A stretch of DNA of 64,000 nucleotides from a virus. Numbering within the stretch: the stretch's first letter is position 1; each line of letters opens with the position of its first letter. The position numbers and the translations under genes were made by a program. The stretch lies in IMG/VR virus record IMGVR_UViG_3300045988_069864, one strand, 5' to 3'. The notes under the pieces were generated by a model. That model did not search any database and was not told where the DNA came from. It worked only from the letters and a program-made list of their open reading frames with translations. Of the stretch, positions 51,982 through 59,887 are shown piece after piece.

Positions 51982-52116
51982 ATGAAAAAACTCAAAGTAA
52001 TGGTATCTAAACTAATTTGGAAAATAGCTGGCATTTCTCCTGAGTGGGGAAATAGGGTTATGGATATTTTAGGTGAAGATCTGTACTGCAAAGTTATGAG
52101 GTATCAACAAATGTAA
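51982..52116 (+). CDS. small hypothetical protein (44 aa)
   Basis: SD GAAGGAGG. ATG 51982. Confidence 0.4.
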   Translation: MKKLKVMVSKLIWKIAGISPEWGNRVMDILGEDLYCKVMRYQQM

Positions 52117-52121
52117 AAGTT

Positions 52122-52160
52122 TAGGGCATCTGAAACATGGTGTCCTATTCTCTTTATCGC
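52122..52160 (+). terminator. intrinsic terminator; diverged third copy of the 44-nt terminator repeat
   Basis: TAGGGCATCTGAAACATGGTGTCCTATTCTCTTTAT. Confidence 0.6.
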
Positions 52161-52183
52161 GAACTGAAAAACTAACTTAAAAG
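52156..52183 (+). promoter_or_regulatory. weak variant of the bipartite motif
   Basis: ATCGCG AACTGAAAAACTAACT TAAAAG, followed directly by a terminator hairpin and then the tRNA. Confidence 0.3.
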
Positions 52184-52185
52184 GG

Positions 52186-52226
52186 TAAGACCTGGTGGAA
52201 ACGCTGGGTCTTATTCTTTTATATTT
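52186..52226 (+). terminator. intrinsic terminator-like hairpin immediately 5' of the tRNA
   Basis: TAAGACC..GGTCTTA followed by TTCTTTTATATTT. The tRNA starts at the next base. Confidence 0.55.
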
Positions 52227-52301
52227 GGGCCATTAGCTTAAGGGTAAAGCTGGCAGCTCATAACTGCTTGAGTGCGGGTTCGAATCCTGCATGGCCCACC
52301 A
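52227..52301 (+). tRNA. tRNA-Met(CAU): tRNA with anticodon CAT (Met elongator type, or Ile2 if lysidinylated), CCA encoded
   Basis: Cloverleaf folded by hand. Perfect 7-bp acceptor stem GGGCCAT/ATGGCCC. D stem GCTT/AAGC with a GG in the loop. Anticodon stem GGCAG/CTGCT with loop CTCATAA. T arm GCGGG-TTCGAAT-CCTGC. Discriminator A followed by CCA. Confidence 0.9.
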
Positions 52302-52332
52302 TTTATATTTTATAGAAAGGATGCGACTAATC

Positions 52333-52440
52333 ATGAGAAAGCGAGGACTTTTAGGTCTTATCTTGGACTTCATTTTAGTGTTCGCTACTGGTGGATTGTG
52401 GTTGATCTGGATCTTGATTCGATTTTTAAGAAATAGTTGA
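52333..52440 (+). CDS. small membrane protein (35 aa)
   Basis: 'LLGLILDFILVFATGGLWLIWILI'. SD AAAGGA. Confidence 0.4.
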   Translation: MRKRGLLGLILDFILVFATGGLWLIWILIRFLRNS

Positions 52441-52452
52441 GGAGTGATATTT

Positions 52453-52666
52453 ATGGCACGAATTATGTTCACTAATCAGAAATGCCCTATTTGTGGGAGG
52501 CGAAGTTCATTATCCAGTCGGTTATAATCCAAAGACGGCTAAAGATCATGGGAATGTCGAATGGATTGTAACTAAAAGAGGTTTAAAACAATTCTTTCAT
52601 ACTAATTGCTATTGGGCTTTAATTGAAGCACAAAAGATCGAAACCGAGATGAATTCTCATGACTAA
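52453..52666 (+). pseudogene. zinc-finger-type small gene apparently split by a +1 frameshift
   Basis: The ATG frame gives 'MARIMFTNQKCPICGRRSSLSSRL*'. The +1 frame continues 'GGEVHYPVGYNPKTAKDHGNVEWIVTKRGLKQFFHTNCYW...' to TAA 52664-52666. Joined, they give CxxC...HxxC. Confidence 0.4.
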
Positions 52667-52829
52667 GTATGCAATATTTGTTCGTTTCGATGAGTCGGAG
52701 TCAGGAGATATTTGTGACTATGCTGATGATTTGGAAGAAGCACGCTATCTGCTTAACGAGTATTATGCAGCTTATCATGGCTATTGTGAATTCAAAGTGT
52801 TACCGATATCTGAAAAGGAGTCTGGTTAA
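52659..52829 (+). CDS. small acidic hypothetical protein (56 aa)
   Basis: 'MTKYAIFVRFDESESGDICDYADDLEEARYLLNEYY..'. The ATG overlaps the upstream stop region. Confidence 0.45.
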   Translation: MTKYAIFVRFDESESGDICDYADDLEEARYLLNEYYAAYHGYCEFKVLPISEKESG

Positions 52830-52830
52830 A

Positions 52831-53275
52831 ATGTTAGCACAAGCTTATCACGACTTACAGGAAAAACAACGACAAGAGATTAATGACTTCCCTATTGCTT
52901 ATGCATTCAGTAATGAACAATTAAAAGAAGCCCTTGTGAAGCTGAGGCAATGTTGAATTATCCGATTGCTGCACTGTAATGAATCATGGCGATATTATGC
53001 TGAAAAAAGACGCTAAACGTTTCATTGAAATGTTGAGACGTCATAATCAAGAAGTTCATGACTTACTCATGAGCAGCGATGATATTGCCTATGAAACATT
53101 CGTGTACGAAATGGATAATCATGAATACGCCATCAACTGGGATGGTGATTATGATGTATTGTGCTCTTTAGGATTAGATGCAAAAGACTTGGAAGACATG
53201 GGACTGCAATGTATCTACCAAAAAGCAAGACATGAACATCTGCGTAAAGCTCATGAAGAATGGGAGATTATTTGA
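52831..53275 (+). pseudogene. conserved hypothetical gene apparently split by a +1 frameshift near 52941-52956
   Basis: Frame 1 'MLAQAYHDLQEKQRQEINDFPIAYAFSNEQLKEALVKLRQC*' stops at 52956. Frame 2 is open from 52946 ('GNVELSDCCTVMNHGDIMLKKDAKRFIEML...') and runs to 53275. Confidence 0.45.
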
Positions 53276-53276
53276 T

Positions 53277-53471
53277 ATGAAAACTGCAAACTGGTATCGA
53301 CATCGATTGGCTAAATACACTGAGGATCATTATGGTAGATATTCGGATGAGATTGAGTTCTTTCCAGATCCGGATATTAATCAATGGAAATTCAAAATTC
53401 CATCTCTCAATCTCGTAGTGGTGTTGGTTTGTCTGGATAGCGGAAATATTAATGAATTTTCATTGTTTTAA
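53277..53471 (+). CDS. hypothetical protein
   Basis: 64 aa. The ATG is adjacent to the upstream stop. Confidence 0.45.
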   Translation: MKTANWYRHRLAKYTEDHYGRYSDEIEFFPDPDINQWKFKIPSLNLVVVLVCLDSGNINEFSLF

Positions 53472-53497
53472 CGCGGCCTAAACAAGCCCCTTTATGA
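53470..53497 (+). promoter_or_regulatory. Bipartite promoter-like motif copy
   Basis: AACGCG GCCTAAACAAGCCCCT TTATGA, abutting the SD AAGGAG. Confidence 0.45.
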
Positions 53498-53511
53498 AAG
53501 GAGTGGTTTAA

Positions 53512-53793
53512 ATGACCGATAAACAAGTTTATATTTATGGAATTGGTGGAGCTGATAAGCAGTATAAAGTTTTAGCTTATTGTTTTGTCATGGACGAGGA
53601 GGTGACAATTAGAAATATTTTATACCAAGCAGCCATGCTTAAGGCTAGAAACCCGAGCGTGGAGAAGGTATATGCTATTGATAATTATCGCGGTTTGCGT
53701 CGTGACTTCAACGATAGCATAAGAAAAAATACCATCGAAAGCTGTGCCATTTTCAAGAACATTCTTGAATCCCAAGGTATTAAAATCCTCTAA
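53512..53793 (+). CDS. hypothetical protein
   Basis: 93 aa. SD AAAGGAGTGG. Confidence 0.55.
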   Translation: MTDKQVYIYGIGGADKQYKVLAYCFVMDEEVTIRNILYQAAMLKARNPSVEKVYAIDNYRGLRRDFNDSIRKNTIESCAIFKNILESQGIKIL

Positions 53794-53800
53794 AAAGGTT

Positions 53801-53844
53801 TAGGAGATCTGAAACATGGTCTCCTATTCTTTTATATTTGTAAA
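53801..53844 (+). terminator. intrinsic terminator; 44-nt element repeated perfectly at 61039-61082
   Basis: TAGGAGATCTGAAACATGGTCTCCTATTCTTTTATATTTGTAAA. The stem is AGGAGATC/GGTCTCCT. Confidence 0.75.
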
Positions 53845-53870
53845 TTGGTAAAAATTGAAAGGAGTCGATC

Positions 53871-54530
53871 ATGACTTGGAAAGAATTTTCAGATCCTAAC
53901 CGAATTGATCAGCAAGCATCACAAAAACTCGTCGGCAATATTACTGATGGATATTCATTCGTCGATCCCATTAAGTATGCTGCACAACTTAAAACAGAAA
54001 GGAAGACGAATATGGGTTTTGCAAACGGTGACCGTGTAATGGTCGGCTATAACTCTGACGAATACAATGGTAAATTTCGTAGGACTTTTGGAGAGGTTAA
54101 ATTCGATTACGCAAAGGAATCCAAAATAGCCGTGGAAATTGATTACATTACAAACAAAGGGAGTAGATATGGATATTTCTATTTCGCTCCCGAGCATCTG
54201 ATCAAGGTACCCAACGATAAGAAACAGAATTTGGAGGATTATACTATGAATTCGCACGAAGATATTAACACCGCAATGTACAGAGCCTGCGTTAACGCTA
54301 CGTATGGTATCCCCACCAAGGTTCCTGGCATTAAAAACGTCATCTTCAACGCTCCTGCTACCATTGTCTTCTGGGCTGATGACACTAAGACCATTGTAAA
54401 ATGTGGTCCGAATGATATTTATGATCCTGAGAAGGGTTTGGCTATAGCAATTGCTAAGAAGCATTTTGGCAACGATAATTGCTTCCACAAGATCTTTAAG
54501 CAGTGGCTACCTAAGGAGGAAGAGAAATGA
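53871..54530 (+). CDS. hypothetical protein
   Basis: 219 aa. SD GAAAGGAG. Confidence 0.6.
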   Translation: MTWKEFSDPNRIDQQASQKLVGNITDGYSFVDPIKYAAQLKTERKTNMGFANGDRVMVGYNSDEYNGKFRRTFGEVKFDYAKESKIAVEIDYITNKGSRYGYFYFAPEHLIKVPNDKKQNLEDYTMNSHEDINTAMYRACVNATYGIPTKVPGIKNVIFNAPATIVFWADDTKTIVKCGPNDIYDPEKGLAIAIAKKHFGNDNCFHKIFKQWLPKEEEK

Positions 54531-54820
54531 AAAAAGATGATATTTTGGTGGTTAAATGCAATGTTTTTCTGAAACAAGATAAATATAAGGATCTCTATCA
54601 AAGCATTCTTGAGCAAAAAATAAACGGTGTGGTTATTCTTCCAGCATATTGCGATGCCGTCATTGTTCCAAAAGATACTGAAATTAAGGTTGAACCTGAC
54701 TCTGACCAGCCTAACCATACATGTATAAATTGTAAGTGCGGTGATAATATAGCTTCTGATGATCCTTGTTACAGATGTATGGAAAAAAGTCTCTGGGAGC
54801 CTAAGGATGATCTTAAATGA
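54527..54820 (+). CDS. hypothetical Cys-containing protein
   Basis: 97 aa. 'CINCKCGDNIASDDPCYRC'. Confidence 0.5.
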   Translation: MKKDDILVVKCNVFLKQDKYKDLYQSILEQKINGVVILPAYCDAVIVPKDTEIKVEPDSDQPNHTCINCKCGDNIASDDPCYRCMEKSLWEPKDDLK

Positions 54821-56520
54821 ATAAGGAAATATGGAAGGATATCGAGGGCTTTCCTAATTATGAAGTAAGTAATCATGGACAAATTAGAAACAAAACAACT
54901 AACCATATTTTATCTCCGATCCCGGACAAAGACGGATACTTAAGAGTACATTTAAATACTGATAAAACTGTAAAAAGAGTTCATCGATTAGTGGCCGAAG
55001 CGTTTATTCTAAACCCGAACAATAAGTCCCAAGTTAATCATATAGACGGTGACAAAACTAACAATGATGAAACTAATCTCGAATGGGTTACTGTTGGAGA
55101 AAACAACATTCATGCATTAAAAACAGGATTACGAAATATTTCTAGACCAGTCCGAATAGTAGAAACAGGAGAAATTTTTAGCAGTATACGAGAGTGTGCT
55201 TCCGCAATAAATGCTAAAGAACAAAATGTCCAAGCAGTTGCTTCTGAAATGAAAAATCGTAAAACAGTAAATGGTCTACATATTGAATATATGGAAAAAC
55301 CTAAACGTACTCCATTCTTATACGATTATCAAATGGAAGCTGTGCAAAAACTCCATAACGGATGCATTCTTTGTGGTTCTGTGGGATCTGGCAAATCAAG
55401 AACAGGACTTTTCTATTATTTCAAAGAAAACGGTGGTTGGATTGATGAGAACGGTTATGTTCCAATGAAGAACCCTCAAGACTTAATTATCATTACAACT
55501 GCAAAAAAGAGAGATTCGCTCGAATGGGAAGGAGAGTTAGCTAATTTTCTAATTTCAAAAAATCCAGAAGTAAGTTATTACAAAAACAAAGTGATAATCG
55601 ATAGCTGGAATAATATCAAAAAGTACAAAGATGTAACTGGAGCATTCTTTTTGCTGGATGAACAACGATTAGTCGGTAGCGGTTCATGGGTTAAGACTTT
55701 TCTTAAGATTGCTAAATCAAATCAATGGATATTATTAAGTGCAACTCCTGGGGATTCGTACATGGACTATTTGCCGGTATTTTTGGCAAACGGTTTCTTC
55801 AGAAACAAAACCGAATTCACAAGAGAGCATGTTGTATATTCCAGATACACAAAGTATCCAAAGATCGATCACTATGTAGGTACACAATTTCTCAATCGAT
55901 TACGAGACAAAGTTCTTGTAAAAATGAACTATCAGCATAAGATTAATACTCATCATGAGGACATCTATTGCCGGTATGATATTTCAGCTTACAAAGACGC
56001 TATTCGTAACCGTTGGGACCCATATAAAAACGAACCAATTCAACAAGCATCGGGGCTTTGCTATGTTCTAAGAAGAATAGTCAATTCGGATGAATCAAGA
56101 CAGATACAGTTACTCGAAATTCTTGAGGACTACGATCGAGCAATTATATTCTATTCGTTTGACTATGAATTAGATATTCTTAGAAATCTTGGTTACGGCG
56201 AAGATGTTGAAGTTGCTGAATACAATGGGCACAAGCATCAGCCTGTTCCAGAAGGTAAGAAGTGGATATATTTATGTAACTATACATCAGCATGCGAAGG
56301 TTGGGAGAACACACGAACCAACTGTATTATATTTTACAGCCAAAGCTACTCATATAAAGTCATGACTCAAGCTGCTGGACGGATCGATCGACTGAACACT
56401 CCATACGCTGATTTATATTACTATCACCTCAAAAGCCGTTCTGGAATCGACCTAGCCATCTCTAAAGCTCTTAGAGAGAAGAAGCAATTTAATGAAGTTC
56501 GTTGGGTTAACGGACATTGA
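54817..56520 (+). CDS. HNH/NUMOD4 homing-endonuclease-like N-terminus fused in frame to an SF2 (SNF2/DEAD-like) helicase
   Basis: 567 aa. 'WKDIEGFPNYEVSNHGQIRN...VHRLVAEAF...VNHIDGDKTNNDETNLEWVT' is NUMOD4 + HNH_3-like. The helicase motifs are 'GSVGSGKS', 'LLDEQ', 'LSATPG' and 'QAAGRIDR'. Confidence 0.7.
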   Translation: MNKEIWKDIEGFPNYEVSNHGQIRNKTTNHILSPIPDKDGYLRVHLNTDKTVKRVHRLVAEAFILNPNNKSQVNHIDGDKTNNDETNLEWVTVGENNIHALKTGLRNISRPVRIVETGEIFSSIRECASAINAKEQNVQAVASEMKNRKTVNGLHIEYMEKPKRTPFLYDYQMEAVQKLHNGCILCGSVGSGKSRTGLFYYFKENGGWIDENGYVPMKNPQDLIIITTAKKRDSLEWEGELANFLISKNPEVSYYKNKVIIDSWNNIKKYKDVTGAFFLLDEQRLVGSGSWVKTFLKIAKSNQWILLSATPGDSYMDYLPVFLANGFFRNKTEFTREHVVYSRYTKYPKIDHYVGTQFLNRLRDKVLVKMNYQHKINTHHEDIYCRYDISAYKDAIRNRWDPYKNEPIQQASGLCYVLRRIVNSDESRQIQLLEILEDYDRAIIFYSFDYELDILRNLGYGEDVEVAEYNGHKHQPVPEGKKWIYLCNYTSACEGWENTRTNCIIFYSQSYSYKVMTQAAGRIDRLNTPYADLYYYHLKSRSGIDLAISKALREKKQFNEVRWVNGH

Positions 56521-56538
56521 TATTTAAGGAGAAAACTT

Positions 56539-56784
56539 ATGAAAAAACTCACAGCGATTCTTCTTGCAATCGGAATGACATTTATCATGACCGGATGCAA
56601 CAAGCAAATCATCGACACTACATACAAATACACTTATGCCTATGTGGAACTTCCGAACGGCAAATGTGTTGAAGGTAAGATTTCATCTTGGAAGGATTAT
56701 GATGACGGAGATCAGATCCAAGTTGTAATCGATGGTGTCACATATTTCACTGATACGACTCGTGTAGTTCTGACGACTAAGTAA
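56539..56784 (+). CDS. lipoprotein
   Basis: 81 aa. Signal peptide plus lipobox 'LLAIGMTFIMTGC'. Confidence 0.65.
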   Translation: MKKLTAILLAIGMTFIMTGCNKQIIDTTYKYTYAYVELPNGKCVEGKISSWKDYDDGDQIQVVIDGVTYFTDTTRVVLTTK

Positions 56785-56796
56785 AGGAGAAAAACC

Positions 56797-56964
56797 ATGG
56801 GTAACCCTTGTAAGGAATTCTTTCCATATTGTGTTTGTAATAAATGTCAGCATAAAGTAGAAAATCCAAAATGCTGCATTGATCATCATAAAAATTGTTA
56901 TCAAGATCAACAATACCCTGGACGAAAGTATTCATGCAAACAATTCGTCAGGATTAAACGCTAA
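56797..56964 (+). CDS. small Cys-rich protein (55 aa)
   Basis: 'MGNPCKEFFPYCVCNKCQHKVENPKCCIDHHKNC'. SD AAAGGAGAAAA. Confidence 0.45.
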   Translation: MGNPCKEFFPYCVCNKCQHKVENPKCCIDHHKNCYQDQQYPGRKYSCKQFVRIKR

Positions 56965-56975
56965 CGGAGGCTTTT

Positions 56976-57071
56976 ATGTGTCCATTTTGTAAAGTGCCAC
57001 TAACTAAACTCCATGGAATTTATATTTGTCCATTGTGCGGAATGCAGTTTATTGACGAGGAGGATGTCTGA
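56976..57071 (+). CDS. mini zinc-ribbon protein (31 aa)
   Basis: 'MCPFCKVPLTKLHGIYICPLCGMQF'. SD ACGGAGG. Confidence 0.4.
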   Translation: MCPFCKVPLTKLHGIYICPLCGMQFIDEEDV

Positions 57072-57226
57072 TGGAAGAGCAATTCAAAGAAGTATATTTC
57101 GATCAGTACTGTAAAACTTGCAAGCACGAAAAGGTAGCAGAAGAAAAAGATCCTTGTCACGAGTGTTTGAGTGAGCCTACTAATTTATATTCTCACACAC
57201 CTGTCAATTGGGAGGAAAAGGAATGA
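57071..57226 (+). CDS. small zinc-ribbon protein (51 aa)
   Basis: 'YCKTCKHEKVAEEKDPCHEC'. SD GAGGAGGA. Confidence 0.45.
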   Translation: MEEQFKEVYFDQYCKTCKHEKVAEEKDPCHECLSEPTNLYSHTPVNWEEKE

Positions 57227-57504
57227 ACTTCGAAGATTTTAAGATTCAGACTTTTGAGGAGAATCCAGAAGTAAAAGAAGAGTATGACCAGCATGACTAT
57301 ACCAAACTGTCAACAGGTCTTGAAGCAACTTTCGCTACATTTGTTAAAGTTTCAAAAGATGTTATGATGACCATTCTTGGGATTAAAGATTCAGTCCTTG
57401 ATATTTGTCCGAATAAACGAGTGGTTCATTTAGCTAAGCATGGCAGTAAAAAGACTCGTAAGAAGAATTTCCATAGAGCTATTAAAATTCTGGAGGAACG
57501 GTAA
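57223..57504 (+). CDS. hypothetical protein
   Basis: 93 aa. ATGA overlap with the upstream gene. SD GGGAGGAAAAGG. Confidence 0.55.
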   Translation: MNFEDFKIQTFEENPEVKEEYDQHDYTKLSTGLEATFATFVKVSKDVMMTILGIKDSVLDICPNKRVVHLAKHGSKKTRKKNFHRAIKILEER

Positions 57505-57716
57505 TGAGACGCTTTGAATTGATCATTGAAGATGACGGTGTTGGGAACCAAAATATTAAAGCTACCAACGATGGCTTTTATACCATAGAACTAATCGGGT
57601 CGCTGGAAATCGAACTGCACAGTCTTAAAGAGCAGGCTTATAATAAGACAAATTTCGATAGAACCTGTATTATGCCCGACGGTAAAATTATGAAAATCGA
57701 GGATAAAAAGGAGTAA
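57504..57716 (+). CDS. hypothetical protein
   Basis: 70 aa. Start overlaps the upstream stop (TAATG). Confidence 0.5.
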   Translation: MRRFELIIEDDGVGNQNIKATNDGFYTIELIGSLEIELHSLKEQAYNKTNFDRTCIMPDGKIMKIEDKKE

Positions 57717-57720
57717 AACA

Positions 57721-58116
57721 ATGAGTACGCTGCATGATATTACAATCAAACTAGAACGACGGCTTTGCGAAGTTAACGGCGAACTTGGATATTTTCATTG
57801 CTGGGAACAGCATTCTACAACAGTACCTTCGATTGGATCATTACCAGGTGGACAAGAAACTCATATGTTTGGAATCGTGGAGTTTAAGGATCGTGTTGCA
57901 CGTATTCTCCCTTGGGAAATCAAATTCAATGATGAGGAAAATTATACACTTGGAATGATGCAGAAAGAATGGGACAAACGAAAATCCAAACATTGGATCG
58001 ATAATGCCGATTCTTATATTTGCCCGATCTGTGGCGAAGAGGTGCGAAGTCCAAGCGCTTACCCTGGATGCAAATGTCCGAAATGTGGATTCCAGGACGA
58101 AAAAGATAAGGAGTAA
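57721..58116 (+). CDS. hypothetical protein with a C-terminal zinc ribbon
   Basis: 131 aa. 'CPICGEEVRSPSAYPGCKCPKCG'. Confidence 0.55.
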   Translation: MSTLHDITIKLERRLCEVNGELGYFHCWEQHSTTVPSIGSLPGGQETHMFGIVEFKDRVARILPWEIKFNDEENYTLGMMQKEWDKRKSKHWIDNADSYICPICGEEVRSPSAYPGCKCPKCGFQDEKDKE

Positions 58117-58119
58117 ACT

Positions 58120-58614
58120 ATGAAAATCGAAAACTGGTGCGGTTATGATATTCGTTTTGTTGAGATCAATGGTGAATGGTGGGCTATTCTGAAGGATATT
58201 TGCGATGCATTGAATCTAAAGACATTTAAGATTGCCCAACGACTTAATCCCGACATGCTCACCAGAGTTACAGTTGAAGTATCTGATATACCTTCAAAGT
58301 ATAACAGATCACGAGGCGATAATATTACTCGATCTATGCTCGCAGTTAATGAGCTTGGCATATACGAGGCGCTCTTTGCTAGTAGGAAGCTTGAGGCTCG
58401 TAAATTCCGTATGTGGGCCGGCACTGTCATGCAGAAACTTCGTAAGAATGTTGGTCTCGAACAATATGAAGTCATGCGTATGACCGAACCGGAGATTCAG
58501 GATGAGATTGATGATATTCTTGATACCCTGTTCTATGACGAAGAGACTGGCAAGCTCATGCAGTCGGTTACAGTTCAGGGTGGGGATGTTGAACAGGTGC
58601 CGTTTGAGGAGTAA
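58120..58614 (+). CDS. Bro-N domain protein (antirepressor-like)
   Basis: 164 aa. 'IRFVEINGEWWAILKDICDALNL...AVNELGIYEALFASRKLEARKFRMW' is the Bro-N pattern. Confidence 0.7.
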   Translation: MKIENWCGYDIRFVEINGEWWAILKDICDALNLKTFKIAQRLNPDMLTRVTVEVSDIPSKYNRSRGDNITRSMLAVNELGIYEALFASRKLEARKFRMWAGTVMQKLRKNVGLEQYEVMRMTEPEIQDEIDDILDTLFYDEETGKLMQSVTVQGGDVEQVPFEE

Positions 58615-58618
58615 TATT

Positions 58619-58855
58619 TTGAAACGCGATAATTGTCCTATTTGCGATTACCCATTCGAGTACTGTCAGTGCTTATTTGCTGGAAATGCTCATCCGGATA
58701 GAGAAAAACGTAAGCAAGTGGTTAAAGATCATTTATATTTACTATCCAATGCCCAGATACGTCATCTCGCAAAACTCGAATCTTGGTGGGCCACTTCTTA
58801 CGATGACTATGAAAAGAACGTTATTTTAGAAGAACTTAAGGAGAAAAAGCAATGA
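58619..58855 (+). CDS. small Cys-containing protein
   Basis: 78 aa from TTG 58619. 'CPICDYPFEYCQC'. The start is uncertain. Confidence 0.4.
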   Translation: MKRDNCPICDYPFEYCQCLFAGNAHPDREKRKQVVKDHLYLLSNAQIRHLAKLESWWATSYDDYEKNVILEELKEKKQ

Positions 58856-59646
58856 TTAAAATTGAAAATGTAGAGGTAATGGGCTGGGATGCTGCTATTA
58901 GAGGCATGCGTAATCCGATGAACTCTTGGGAGAAGAGTGATAGTAACTATAGACCAATTCTTGCTAGCAGATGTGATACATGTACGTCTTATCTACTCGA
59001 TAATTGGGACGACTGTGACAATTGCGAGGTGCATAAGCTGTGCAATTCGCCAAATTATTTTCTGGTTGGTCCGAATGACCTCGATCTCATGACCCGTCTT
59101 AGTAAAGCCGGTACAGATCATCGTAAGTTCATGCGGATGATTACCGTATACCTTGATATTACAGCTCCGCTGTATTGGTGGAAAGAATTTGATACATACA
59201 AGGTAGGTACTGTTGCGAACTCTTGCTCAACTATGCACAAGATTGCGGCGAAGGAGTTTACGCTGGAGGATTTTAGTTGTGAGCATTTGATGAACCTTAC
59301 GGACTATAAAGAAGCTCCTTGTTTAGAAGATGATTTTCCAGCGTTTGAAGAAAAAGATGGCGAATCATTGTTCTGGACGCCGACCGATATTTTGGTCCGG
59401 ACCATTGGCGGGCTTAATTTCTATCGCCAGCGTTATCTTGAAACCAAAAATAAAAAATACTGGTGGCAGCTCATCCAACTCTTGCCGAGCTCTTATAACC
59501 AACGCCGGACGATCATGCTGGATTACGAGGTGTTGGCGAATATTTATAAATCTCGTAAAGGGCATAAACTTGACGAATGGAATAGCTTCTGCGACTGGAT
59601 TGAAAGTCTGCCTTATGCTGAGCTGATCATGGGTAAAGAGAAATGA
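58852..59646 (+). CDS. ThyX-fold-like protein lacking the canonical RHR...SxR motif
   Basis: 264 aa. 'DHRKFMRMITVYLDITAPLYWWKEFDTYKVGTVANSCSTMH' aligns by eye to the ThyX core 'FEH..F.F.I.G.SR....Q..RHR..S...QSQRY', but the catalytic residues are replaced. Confidence 0.35.
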   Translation: MIKIENVEVMGWDAAIRGMRNPMNSWEKSDSNYRPILASRCDTCTSYLLDNWDDCDNCEVHKLCNSPNYFLVGPNDLDLMTRLSKAGTDHRKFMRMITVYLDITAPLYWWKEFDTYKVGTVANSCSTMHKIAAKEFTLEDFSCEHLMNLTDYKEAPCLEDDFPAFEEKDGESLFWTPTDILVRTIGGLNFYRQRYLETKNKKYWWQLIQLLPSSYNQRRTIMLDYEVLANIYKSRKGHKLDEWNSFCDWIESLPYAELIMGKEK

Positions 59647-59855
59647 TATTTTCCTGTAATCGGTTCGCTCTTTTTCCACGTATGTGTTCCGAATGCAAAC
59701 GTTATATTTGGATGGAACCTTATAGAAGATCAGACGTTTGGCATGGAGGTTTTGTCGATAGATATTTTAAGGGGGATTACAAGAAAGAAAACATTTGTAA
59801 GAAATGTCTACCTAAATTCTTACCAAAAACTGAGCAAGACACAACCGCGATATAA
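59643..59855 (+). CDS. small Cys-containing protein
   Basis: 70 aa. 'CSECKRY...CKKC'. Confidence 0.5.
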   Translation: MIFSCNRFALFPRMCSECKRYIWMEPYRRSDVWHGGFVDRYFKGDYKKENICKKCLPKFLPKTEQDTTAI

Positions 59856-59871
59856 ACCGATCCTTTAATGA
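59844..59871 (+). promoter_or_regulatory. Bipartite promoter-like motif copy
   Basis: ACCGCG ATATAAACCGATCCTT TAATGA, abutting the SD AAGGAG. It overlaps the end of the upstream CDS. Confidence 0.45.
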
Positions 59872-59887
59872 AAGGAGTTGATTTAAC

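Noticed and set aside
52233-52472. 79-aa minus-strand ORF
   Set aside because: It overlaps the tRNA(CAU) gene and a small + strand membrane ORF, so it is spurious.
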